A stretch of 64,000 nt of DNA, from NCBI GenBank assembly GCA_963840035.1, contig CAWIXE010000001.1, positions 896,001 to 960,000 of the forward strand. Direction: 5' to 3'. Of the stretch, positions 19,419-29,000 are shown in pieces. The translations under genes and the position numbers were made by a program. The notes under the pieces were generated by a model, which was given only the letters and a program-made list of their open reading frames with translations, did not search any database and had not been told where the DNA came from. The stretch's first letter is position 1. Every line of letters begins with the position of its first letter. Source of the DNA: a candidate division FCPU426 bacterium. Its GTDB lineage: Bacteria; Oederibacteriota; PGYV01; Palsa-1178.

Positions 19419-20153
19419 TTATTTAACCGCGTTATCAAGCAGTTTTTGTTTTGCGGTTTTGTACTCTTCCTCTGTAATTAATTTCTTGTCTTTTAAACTC
19501 TTTAATTCCTTTAACTTTTGTTCGAGAGATTTAGGGATTTCCGCTGTATTTTTTTCAGCGCCAGGCGGTCCCGGCGGAGGAATGGTTCTGGCCGTGTTAA
19601 TTACAGGTTTGTCCGTGTTTTCCGGGATAAAGTTCCGGTTCCCGCCCATGGCGTGCCATATGGCAGTTTCGCCGCTATCGGCCATCCTTGAGCACATCCA
19701 TCCCGTAAGGGTCTTTTTATTCTTGTCAAAATAGAACCAGTACCTGTCCCCGTAAAAACGCGTAACTGCCTGCGTTTCTGTGTCTGAAGAGGCTTCCTTT
19801 AAAAAACTACCGGCATGATAAACTGTATTGCCTTTATTTATTAATTTGGCATTATAATATTCGGCAAGTATCGTATCTTTGTCTTCTGAAACCTTTGTGG
19901 GCTGGCCCTTTTCCGACAGCAGTTCATCATATGTCCATTTATATAAGCGCGGGTTGTATTTTTCACGCATTGTATTTACGCCGTCATCGTTTGACAACAA
20001 CACTAACCCGAGCAGGCCGGCTATTGCTGCCGTACTTACTACAACAATAAGGACAGTGTTATCCTGGCCGGCGGCAAATACGGGTTCCGGAGTTGCTGCG
20101 GTAACCGCAATGGAAAAACAGCATATCATGAGGATTGTTATTATTTTTTTCAT
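19419..20153 (-). CDS. exported/membrane protein with C-terminal SHOCT domain
   Basis: Signal peptide, TM helix, and C-terminal LKELKSLKDKKLITEEEYKTAKQKLL. Confidence 0.8.
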   Translation of the reverse strand: MKKIITILMICCFSIAVTAATPEPVFAAGQDNTVLIVVVSTAAIAGLLGLVLLSNDDGVNTMREKYNPRLYKWTYDELLSEKGQPTKVSEDKDTILAEYYNAKLINKGNTVYHAGSFLKEASSDTETQAVTRFYGDRYWFYFDKNKKTLTGWMCSRMADSGETAIWHAMGGNRNFIPENTDKPVINTARTIPPPGPPGAEKNTAEIPKSLEQKLKELKSLKDKKLITEEEYKTAKQKLLDNAVK

Positions 20154-20291
20154 TTATTTACACCGCCTTATTTGATAATTTATCATGACAGGGAAGGCCC
20201 TTAAAGTCAATGGGTAACGGGCCTATATACCGGAAAATGCGGCATTATCCGCCGCCGATACTGTTATTAATTGTGTAAATGATTTGTTCTT

Positions 20292-20383
20292 TTTCCCTAT
20301 CCCATTTGGGCGAGGGTAGGGTGAGGGGAATAAGAAAATTGGTTTCACCTCACCCCTGCCCCTCTCCTAAGAGGAGAGGGGAG
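20292..20383. repeat. CCCTCTCC-family palindromic repeat doublet
   Basis: Near-copy of 16920-17010, including the spacer GGAATAAGAMAATTGGTTT. Confidence 0.85.
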
Positions 20384-20466
20384 AAAGCCGTTTACAATAA
20401 CTCCGCTAACTCGCCTGTTTACTTTGACATTCACTTGATTTATAATATCCTGATGAAAGGGGAACC

Positions 20467-21291
20467 ATGGGAAAAAACACAAATATAGCGGTTATCACAA
20501 CCAATCTTACAAACGGTTTCGGCGCGCAGCTTCTCTGGGGCATGCAGACCGAGGCGCTTGAAACCGAGAATGACATACTTCTTTACACCACTAAATCCGC
20601 ATATAACAAAGGCGGCATCGAATTCCTTCACAACAAAATTACCGCTGAAAAAAAGGCGGATGTTGCCATAATCATGGCGTATCAGGTCAACGACGCAATC
20701 GCGGACATGTATGAAAAAGCGGGGATAAAACTGGTGCTTTTAGATACCATATATAAAGACTTAAGCTCAGTGACCTCAAATAATGAAAAAGGCGCTTACG
20801 ACGCGGGTATGTATATGGCAAAAAGCGGGCGCAAGCGTATGGGTGTTGTAGTCGGTGACGACAGAAACGTGGCCTCACAGAAGGAACGGCTGTATGGATT
20901 CATAAGGGCGCTTGATGAAAGCGGCATAAGTTTTGACACAAACCTTATTTACAGGATAGAAGAATACACGTACAGCGCTGGCAAGGAAGCCCTAAAATAT
21001 ATGGTAATGAATGACGTGGACGGCGTGTTTTGCGCTGCCGGGGATTACGTGGCGCAGGGGTTTTTAAGCGAAGCTTCAAGGCACGGGGTGAACATACCCA
21101 TGTCCATGGGAGTGGTGGGGTTTGACGATATTGAGGTGGCAAAAGACCTTGAAATGACGACGGTTAAGCAGCCGCTGGACTTAATGGGCAGGGAGGCCTT
21201 TAAAATAGCAAAGGCGATGATAGATAACCCGGATATAGGGCCCATAAAAAAGGTTTTTGACTGTACATTTATCCAGAGAAACTCCGCATAA
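20467..21291 (+). CDS. LacI/GalR-type effector-binding domain protein lacking HTH, paralog A
   Basis: SVTSNNEKGAYDAGMYM, ERLYGF, GVFCAAGD, GVVGFDD and MTTVKQPLDLMGREA motifs. Only 274 aa, starting at the sensor domain. Confidence 0.85.
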   Translation: MGKNTNIAVITTNLTNGFGAQLLWGMQTEALETENDILLYTTKSAYNKGGIEFLHNKITAEKKADVAIIMAYQVNDAIADMYEKAGIKLVLLDTIYKDLSSVTSNNEKGAYDAGMYMAKSGRKRMGVVVGDDRNVASQKERLYGFIRALDESGISFDTNLIYRIEEYTYSAGKEALKYMVMNDVDGVFCAAGDYVAQGFLSEASRHGVNIPMSMGVVGFDDIEVAKDLEMTTVKQPLDLMGREAFKIAKAMIDNPDIGPIKKVFDCTFIQRNSA

Positions 21292-21375
21292 TTAGATGTA
21301 AACTTTTTTGCGTTTAAAACGTCTAAATAACATTATTGGGCCGTGGTATGCGGCAAAAAATTCAGGGAGGGCAAT

Positions 21376-22401
21376 ATGAAAAAAGCAACAGCAGCAGCAC
21401 TATTAGTTCTGATCATCGCAGTAGCAGCCGGATGCGCCGGGGCGGCAATCAACCAGGAGGCGTTTACAAAGGTTAAATACGCGGGCATCCTGAGCCTGAC
21501 AGTAAAGAAATGCGGGCCGGTAAACGCGGGCAATGAAGAAGTAATCCAGGCAGTGGCAAATTACGCTTTAGGCCAGGCCGAGGCGGCTCTTAAAAAAGTA
21601 CGTTCATTTAAGATGGTATCGGCGGGCGCGCTTTATAAGGTGCCTGAGTATCAGAACGCGGGCACAGTGGCAAAAGCAACCGGCGCATTGGCATACCTTA
21701 AAAATAACCCGGAAGCCATGAATCAGGATATGAAAACCACAGAGACCTCCGGCGATTTCATGACCGCCCTTAAAGCGGGACTGAAGGCTGCCGCTGACTC
21801 GAATGCCGTACACGATAACCCGGCAGCCGCGGCGCAGGCAAGGCTGGACAAATTTAAGGAAGAGCTTGCCGGAGCGGCTGGGCTCCCGTTCATCCCGTAC
21901 CAGGTAATCAACAATAATACGCCGGGCACGACAACCGTGACATACGTAAACGGCGTAAAGCAGGGCGGGGAAAATGAAGGCTTAAAGATGACGATGATAG
22001 AAGAGGCAAAAGCAGTGTGCGCGAAGACCAGGCTGGATGCCGTAATCATAGTGTTTGTTGACACTGCCGCTGACAAGCCCAAAGGCGTTTATGTCATCAC
22101 CGGAGGCAACAGGGTGCTAGGAACTTTAAGGCTTAACATGACAATGGTAATGATAGATAAAAACGGCGAAATAATTTATGACTTGGACTGGCCGTCCATG
22201 GACGATCTGGCCCCTATGAGGCTGGCGCATCCGTCGAACATCGTCACAAAGTGGTATACGCAGGGCAAGTCCGTGGCTGAGACTGCCGTGGACTTAAAGG
22301 ATCCGGGCGGCGATGTATTGAGGAATTACAAGGAAATGGTGGTTGAAAGCAGCAACAGAATGGTGGAGACGCTTCGCAAGGACTTAGGCGAGATAAAATA
22401 A
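21376..22401 (+). CDS. hypothetical lipoprotein
   Basis: GGGAGG RBS; lipobox AAGC; long ORF followed by a terminator. Confidence 0.75.
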   Translation: MKKATAAALLVLIIAVAAGCAGAAINQEAFTKVKYAGILSLTVKKCGPVNAGNEEVIQAVANYALGQAEAALKKVRSFKMVSAGALYKVPEYQNAGTVAKATGALAYLKNNPEAMNQDMKTTETSGDFMTALKAGLKAAADSNAVHDNPAAAAQARLDKFKEELAGAAGLPFIPYQVINNNTPGTTTVTYVNGVKQGGENEGLKMTMIEEAKAVCAKTRLDAVIIVFVDTAADKPKGVYVITGGNRVLGTLRLNMTMVMIDKNGEIIYDLDWPSMDDLAPMRLAHPSNIVTKWYTQGKSVAETAVDLKDPGGDVLRNYKEMVVESSNRMVETLRKDLGEIK

Positions 22402-22414
22402 ATATTATTCAGAT

Positions 22415-22451
22415 AAAAAAAGCCGCGGGTTAACAGCCCGCGGTTTTTTTT
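22415..22451. terminator. intrinsic terminator
   Basis: AAAAAAGCCGCGGGT-TAAC-AGCCCGCGGTTTTTTTT. Confidence 0.85.
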
Positions 22452-22460
22452 ATGCAAAAT

Positions 22461-22664
22461 CGGCGGCGTGAGCGTCTGATATTTTTTTTGATACCTGTCA
22501 ATTGTGTTGAGGCGAAGCCGGCGAAAATAGACGGATATGTTTGAGGCAAGTTGATGTATGCGCGCGCTGAATTCAGCCGGGCCGGACTGAGGGGCGATAG
22601 TTGGCTTGATGCAAAGGTTCACTCTCCGGCATTATCAAAAAAATATCAGCCACTCCCGCCGCCG
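22461..22664. repeat. ~200-bp element bounded by imperfect ~33-bp inverted repeats (MITE-like or structured RNA)
   Basis: CGGCGGCGTGAGCGTCTGATATTTTTTTTGATA ... TATCAAAAAAATATCAGCCACTCCCGCCGCCG. Confidence 0.6.
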
Positions 22665-22831
22665 GCCGAGGTTATGAACGGATTGTGTATACTCCTGTCT
22701 CCAGTCTCTTGTCTCGTTCTTCCTCAACCCACGCACCCATCCATCATAACCCGGCTCAGGGTCTGTTGCTTGACAAATGAAGTTTATATGATATACTTGT
22801 GCTTAATTAAACGGTTAATCAAAGGGGCTAT

Positions 22832-23191
22832 ATGACACCGGAAGAACTGAAAAAAAGGCAGTCCAACAGGCTCGACATAGAGAGGGAAATGTATATACTT
22901 CAGGCAGCCGCAAGCAACGAACTTTTCCCGTCATTTCCGCCTATAGTCACGGTAAAAAATATTTCAGAAGGCGGCATATGCGTAGTCTCCGACAGCGAGC
23001 TGCGCGCGGGCACCGTGCTGGAAGCCGAAATACTTCTGCGCTCTCATGACCTGGAGCGCTTTAAAGTTTTTTGCCAGGCTGTATGGACGAAAAAATCAAC
23101 AGGCGGATATGAAACCGGCATGCAGTTCCTGGGGATAAAAGAAACAGACGGGATGCAGTTGAAGCAATACATTAAAGAGCATTATAATTAA
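22832..23191 (+). CDS. stand-alone PilZ domain protein
   Basis: KRQSNR (RxxxR) and NISEGG ([D/N]xSxxG) motifs; ETGMQF. Promoter TTGACA-16-TATACT at 22770-22797. Confidence 0.85.
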   Translation: MTPEELKKRQSNRLDIEREMYILQAAASNELFPSFPPIVTVKNISEGGICVVSDSELRAGTVLEAEILLRSHDLERFKVFCQAVWTKKSTGGYETGMQFLGIKETDGMQLKQYIKEHYN

Positions 23192-23250
23192 AGGCAGTCT
23201 CAATAATCTCAGAAGTCTCAGTGATCTCAGTAGTCCAAAGCGAGACTGCC

Positions 23251-23607
23251 TTACTCCGCCAGCCATTCCTTCGCTTTCTCGACGTCGTCAAATACCTTTG
23301 CCCTCTCAGAGCCTCCCGTGAAGAGCAGGAATCCCTTGAGCATTACGGATTTTAACGGGGAGACTTTGCAGTACGCGTCTTTATATCCTATGGGTATGTA
23401 TTTTTTTCCTATGACCTTTGCTTTTTCCATGAAGTCGGGTGAAAGGTTTGTATTTTCAAAATTCATCAGGTGCCGCACTTTCTCGCCCTTTTCCGGGAAT
23501 GATTTGTCCACCTGGTCAAGCATGGCAAGGGCCTCGTCAGGCCTTAAGTTTGAAAAATCTGACAGAAGAATATTTTTCCCTTTGTGCGTAATCCAGGTGC
23601 ATGACAT
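23251..23607 (-). CDS. small STAS/SEC14 (SpoIIAA)-like protein, paralog B
   Basis: WITHKGKNILLSDFSN...KVFDDVEKAKEWL; GGAGG RBS before ATG 23607. Confidence 0.65.
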   Translation of the reverse strand: MSCTWITHKGKNILLSDFSNLRPDEALAMLDQVDKSFPEKGEKVRHLMNFENTNLSPDFMEKAKVIGKKYIPIGYKDAYCKVSPLKSVMLKGFLLFTGGSERAKVFDDVEKAKEWLAE

Positions 23608-23680
23608 GTGAGCCTCCCTGAGCCTGTTTTCACCAGTATATGACAAAATTAAAAAAAATCAACCTGCAATTAAATGCGGA

Positions 23681-23708
23681 TTGACAATAGTTAATATCGG
23701 TTTATAAT
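23681..23708 (+). promoter_or_regulatory. sigma70 consensus promoter
   Basis: TTGACA-16 bp-TATAAT, followed by GGGAGG and ATG 23740. Confidence 0.7.
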
Positions 23709-23739
23709 TAAGGCAAGGACAGGGAGGTTTATAAAAATA

Positions 23740-24564
23740 ATGAATTCAAACAAAAGGATCGCGGTTATCACGCCTAATATCCTCAACGGGTACGCGGCTA
23801 AACTGGTATGGTCCATACAGGCGGAAGCGTTTCAAACAGGTTACGATGTTGTCACCTACATAGCGAATTCCATGCATTTAGTCGGCGGCCCCGAATATTT
23901 TTATCATAAACTGACCATGGATAAAAGCGCGGATTCAGTGATAATAATATCATGCGGCGTAAATGAGCAGATAATATCCGGGTTTAAGGGAGCCGGAATC
24001 ACTCCGGTGCTTATAGATGTCCGGTGGGAAGGCATAAACTGCGTCAGGTCCGACAATGAAAAAGGGGCGCATGACGCGGGAACGCATTTCGGCAGGCTCG
24101 GAAGGAAGAAAATCGGAATGATAACAGGCGATCTGGAACAGGCTGAAACACAGCGGGAAAGGTTCGCCGGGTTTGCCAGGGGCCTGAAGGAATACGGGCG
24201 CGTGGTTTATCCGGAATGCGTCTGGAAAAATGAGATGTACACATATCAGTCGGGCAAAGAGGCTTTCAGGTTCATGGTGATGAATGACGTGGACGCTGTT
24301 TTTTGCGCGGCCGGCGATTACGTGGCGCAGGGGTTTTTAAATGAAGCCAGAAAAAACGGCATGGACATACCAAGGGCCATGTCGCTGATAGGTTTTGATG
24401 ACATAGAATCCTCGGCAGACATGGAACTGACAACAATCAGGCAGCCGCTGGAGGATATGGGAAAAGAGGCGCTTCATATGGCTGTGGAGTCGCTGCAGAA
24501 TCCGGCGGCAAAAGTCAGGGATAAGGTATTTGACTGCAGGCTTATCCTGAGGGAAACCGCGTAA
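23740..24564 (+). CDS. LacI/GalR-type effector-binding domain protein lacking HTH, paralog B
   Basis: VRSDNEKGAHDAG, ERFAGF, AVFCAAGD, LIGFDD and LTTIRQPLEDMGKEA motifs. 274 aa, no HTH. Confidence 0.85.
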   Translation: MNSNKRIAVITPNILNGYAAKLVWSIQAEAFQTGYDVVTYIANSMHLVGGPEYFYHKLTMDKSADSVIIISCGVNEQIISGFKGAGITPVLIDVRWEGINCVRSDNEKGAHDAGTHFGRLGRKKIGMITGDLEQAETQRERFAGFARGLKEYGRVVYPECVWKNEMYTYQSGKEAFRFMVMNDVDAVFCAAGDYVAQGFLNEARKNGMDIPRAMSLIGFDDIESSADMELTTIRQPLEDMGKEALHMAVESLQNPAAKVRDKVFDCRLILRETA

Positions 24565-24665
24565 AACAAGGATCCGGTAAAAAATCCTTTACCTTTCATT
24601 ATTGTTATAGTATTATGACAACTTGTTTGAGGGCAAAGTATCCCCGCCCTGAAGACTAAAGAACT

Positions 24666-26031
<1,366 letters not shown>

Positions 26032-26048
26032 TATCTTAAATAGCAGTT

Positions 26049-26080
26049 CAAAAGGCCGCCTGAAAAGGCGGCCTTTTTTT
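26049..26080 (+). terminator. intrinsic terminator after eno
   Basis: AAAAGGCCGCCT-GAAA-AGGCGGCCTTTTTTT. Confidence 0.9.
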
Positions 26081-26269
26081 GTAGGGACAGCGCTCCCGCG
26101 CTGTCCGCGCGTCGGGTGTTTTAGAACGCTGTCGGCCTGCGCCGGGCTTGCCGCGGTTTTTCCGGATTGACCGGTTATGATATTCTTTACATTAATGCGG
26201 GCAGGCCTCAAAAACCACGACAAGCCTGACGCGGGCCAGGGTAAAACGTGGCGGGATAAGTAAAAGCTA

Positions 26270-26370
26270 TTTCACCTCACCCCAGCCCCTCTCCTAAGAG
26301 GAGAGGGGAGTCGCAACAACCAAAACCGTACTTTTATCCCTCTCCCTCTGGGAGAGGGTAGGGTGAGGGG
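26270..26370. repeat. CCCTCTCC-family palindromic repeat doublet
   Basis: CCTCACCCCAGCCCCTCTCCTAAGAGGAGAGGGG and CCCTCTCCCTCTGGGAGAGGGTAGGGTGAGGGG. Confidence 0.85.
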
Positions 26371-26450
26371 CAGTGATAAATGTTAAACTTTTTTGTTTTT
26401 ATGATATTATATTTCATATACAAGTGTTTTGAATTTTATCGGGGGAAGAA

Positions 26451-27539
26451 ATGGAAAAGTTCAACTTACAGACCCTTGGCTGGGATGAGTGGTTTGAAAA
26501 ACACTTTGCTTCTTATAAGGAAGCAGGTTTTGAGCCTGCCCGTGTCATAGCTGAATACAAGGAACGTTATATTGTTGTCACTCGCCATGGCGAAATGGAC
26601 GCGGAGGTCACGGGGAAGCTCCTTCATACATCGGAAAAACCGTCGGACTTCCCGAAAACCGGGGACTGGGTCTGCGCGCAGGTTTTTATTGGCGAAAATA
26701 AGGCTTTGATTCACGCCGTGCTACCCAGGAAAACATCCTTTTCCAGAAAGGCCGCCGGCATAAAATCCGAAGAGCAGATAATTGCGGTAAACATAGACAC
26801 GCTCTTCATCGTTCAGGGGCTTGATAACAACTACAACCGCATGAGGCTGCTGCGCTACATAGCTGCTTTAAAAGGCAGCGGCATAGAGGCTGTCGTGGTG
26901 CTAAACAAGACGGATTTAAATAATGAATCCTTAAAAATCCTGGAAGAGACCGCGGAACTTATCAGCCCGGTCCCGGTTCTGCGCATAAGCGCTAAAACCG
27001 GGGAAGGCATGGACAGCCTGGCCGCGTACATGAAACCTGGAAAGACATACGCCTTTGCCGGTTCTTCAGGCGCGGGCAAATCCAGCATAATAAACTCGGT
27101 TGCCGGGTTTAAAATAGCACAGACAAAGGAAGTAAGGGAAGACGACTCAAGGGGCAGGCACACGACCGTAACCCGCCAGCTCTACATGATAGGCACCCAC
27201 GGAATGCTGATAGACACTCCCGGAATGCGGGAGCTTTCCCTTTGGACTGAAAGCGGGGTAAATGACCCGGGTTTTGATATAGTCTCCGAATACGCCATGA
27301 AGTGCAAATTCGCGGACTGCACGCACGAACACGAACCCGGCTGCGCTGTTAAAGAAGCCGCAGAAAAAGGAAAAATACCGGCGGAGATTATGGGGAGTTA
27401 TTTTAAGCTTAAAAAAGAGATGGCTTATACAGCGTCAAGAACGGATGTAAAAGCGGCAATGGACAGGAAAAAGAAAGAGAAGAAACTGGGGAAGTTGATA
27501 AAGGAAGTAACAAGCCACAAGCAAGGGAAGCGTTTGTAG
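26451..27539 (+). CDS. rsgA: ribosome small subunit-dependent GTPase A
   Basis: Circularly permuted GTPase motifs NKTD, GSSGAGKS, GRHTT, DTPG and Zn motif CKFADCTHEHEPGC. Confidence 0.97.
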   Translation: MEKFNLQTLGWDEWFEKHFASYKEAGFEPARVIAEYKERYIVVTRHGEMDAEVTGKLLHTSEKPSDFPKTGDWVCAQVFIGENKALIHAVLPRKTSFSRKAAGIKSEEQIIAVNIDTLFIVQGLDNNYNRMRLLRYIAALKGSGIEAVVVLNKTDLNNESLKILEETAELISPVPVLRISAKTGEGMDSLAAYMKPGKTYAFAGSSGAGKSSIINSVAGFKIAQTKEVREDDSRGRHTTVTRQLYMIGTHGMLIDTPGMRELSLWTESGVNDPGFDIVSEYAMKCKFADCTHEHEPGCAVKEAAEKGKIPAEIMGSYFKLKKEMAYTASRTDVKAAMDRKKKEKKLGKLIKEVTSHKQGKRL

Positions 27540-27640
27540 TCGCACCCTCTACGCTTCATCGGGGTGCGTACGCCGGGTTAGCAGGCTGTTTGTCGTTTGC
27601 TTCCATCAATGCGTATATATGACGGAAAAACCGTGGGTTC

Positions 27641-27760
27641 CGTAGAGACGCCACCTGTGGGCGTCTCAGGCGGGACGATAGACGGGCACGTCTCCCGTCT
27701 CTACAGGTTTTGGACGATTCATCCTTCGACCAGCTCAGGACGTGGGGGAATCGCACCCGC
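27641..27760. repeat. single dispersed unit of the GTAG-type repeat that forms the 119-bp array
   Basis: GTAGAGACGCC..GGGCGTCTC..AGACGGG..CCCGTCTCTAC followed by a remnant of the third hairpin. Confidence 0.8.
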
Positions 27761-27781
27761 CAAGCCGGCAATAATTTAACG

Positions 27782-27842
27782 GCAATTTATCTGCAATTTA
27801 TCTGCAATGATTATTGACCAGCGCGCCTGGGAGTGGTATAAT
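27782..27842 (+). promoter_or_regulatory. 11-bp direct repeats GCAATTTATCT next to a sigma70 promoter
   Basis: Repeats at 27782, 27793 and 27804 (partial); TTGACC 27814-27819, 17 bp, TATAAT 27837-27842. Confidence 0.7.
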
Positions 27843-27862
27843 GTGTTAAAGGATGGTGGGTA

Positions 27863-28945
27863 ATGGACAAAAAATGGCAGCCCAAATACGGGATTTCGAA
27901 TAATATAATGGAATTTTTGATGAAAATTGCGTCAATGCGGGACATGATAGCAAAGGAAGCAATCGCCCCAAAAGTTGAAGCGAAATTAAAGCATGAAGCG
28001 CGGTTAAGGGCTACGCATTATTCGACCAGAATAGAAGGAAACAGGCTCTCTTTAAGGCAGACGAAAGATGTAATTGATGAAAACAGAAAAGATCTTTTCG
28101 GCAGGGAAAGGGATGTAAAGGAAGTAGAAAACTACTGGAACGCGCTCATAGAAACAGAAAAGCTGGCGCGAAAGCAGGCTGTGTTCAGCGAAGAACTTAT
28201 AAAAAAGATACATGCCCTGGTCGAATCCGGGAAAAAAGGCAAATCCACTCCATACAGGCCGCAGCAAAATGTCATAAAAGATTCCATGACGGGCGGGATT
28301 GTGTATCTGCCGCCGGAAGCAAAAGACGTTCCGGGGCTGATGAAAAAGCTTGTTAACTGGGTGAAATGGGCAGAGGAAACAAAGGTCCCGGTCCCGATTG
28401 TTGCGGCGCTGGTACATTATCAGTTTGTGACTATTCATCCATATTATGATGGTAATGGCAGGACGGCCAGGCTGTTGGCCACGTTTGTCATGCAGAAGGG
28501 TAATTTCGGGCTCAATGGCATGTTCTCTCTGGAAGAGTATCACGCAAAGGAAATAGAAACGTATTACAGGGAACTTTCAACGCACCCTCATCATAATTAC
28601 TATTTTGGACGTGAGACCGCGGACCTTACTGGCTGGGTGGTTTATTTTTTAAAGCTGATTGAGGAGGCTTTTACAGAACTCAAGGAGACGATACAGTCCC
28701 GGACACCGTCCGGCAGCAGGAAAAATATGGAGAATTTAAAGCAGCTTGACCGCAGGGCGAAAGAGATATATCCGCTTTTTGAGTCTTCCATGAACATAAC
28801 ATCATCGGATATTGCGCGGGTATTGAAGGTAAAAAACCGCATGGCCGCGTATCTGGCAAAGGATTGGGTCAAAAAAGGATTTCTCGTTGCTGTCGGCGGT
28901 TCAAATAAGACCAGGGCATATGTACTGGCAGATAAGTATAAGTAA
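27863..28945 (+). CDS. Fic family protein with C-terminal winged HTH
   Basis: HYSTRIEGN, HYQFVTIHPYYDGNGRTAR and ITSSDIARVL...GSNKTRAY motifs. Confidence 0.95.
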   Translation: MDKKWQPKYGISNNIMEFLMKIASMRDMIAKEAIAPKVEAKLKHEARLRATHYSTRIEGNRLSLRQTKDVIDENRKDLFGRERDVKEVENYWNALIETEKLARKQAVFSEELIKKIHALVESGKKGKSTPYRPQQNVIKDSMTGGIVYLPPEAKDVPGLMKKLVNWVKWAEETKVPVPIVAALVHYQFVTIHPYYDGNGRTARLLATFVMQKGNFGLNGMFSLEEYHAKEIETYYRELSTHPHHNYYFGRETADLTGWVVYFLKLIEEAFTELKETIQSRTPSGSRKNMENLKQLDRRAKEIYPLFESSMNITSSDIARVLKVKNRMAAYLAKDWVKKGFLVAVGGSNKTRAYVLADKYK

Positions 28946-28947
28946 GG

Positions 28948-28982
28948 ATTTATCTGCAATTTAAATGCAATTAATCCGCAAT
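28948..28982 (+). repeat. 11-bp tandem repeats matching those upstream of the same Fic gene
   Basis: ATTTATCTGCA ATTTAAATGCA ATTAATCCGCA, starting 3 bp after the stop codon. Confidence 0.75.
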
Positions 28983-29000
28983 AAGAATAAGGGGGAAGTA

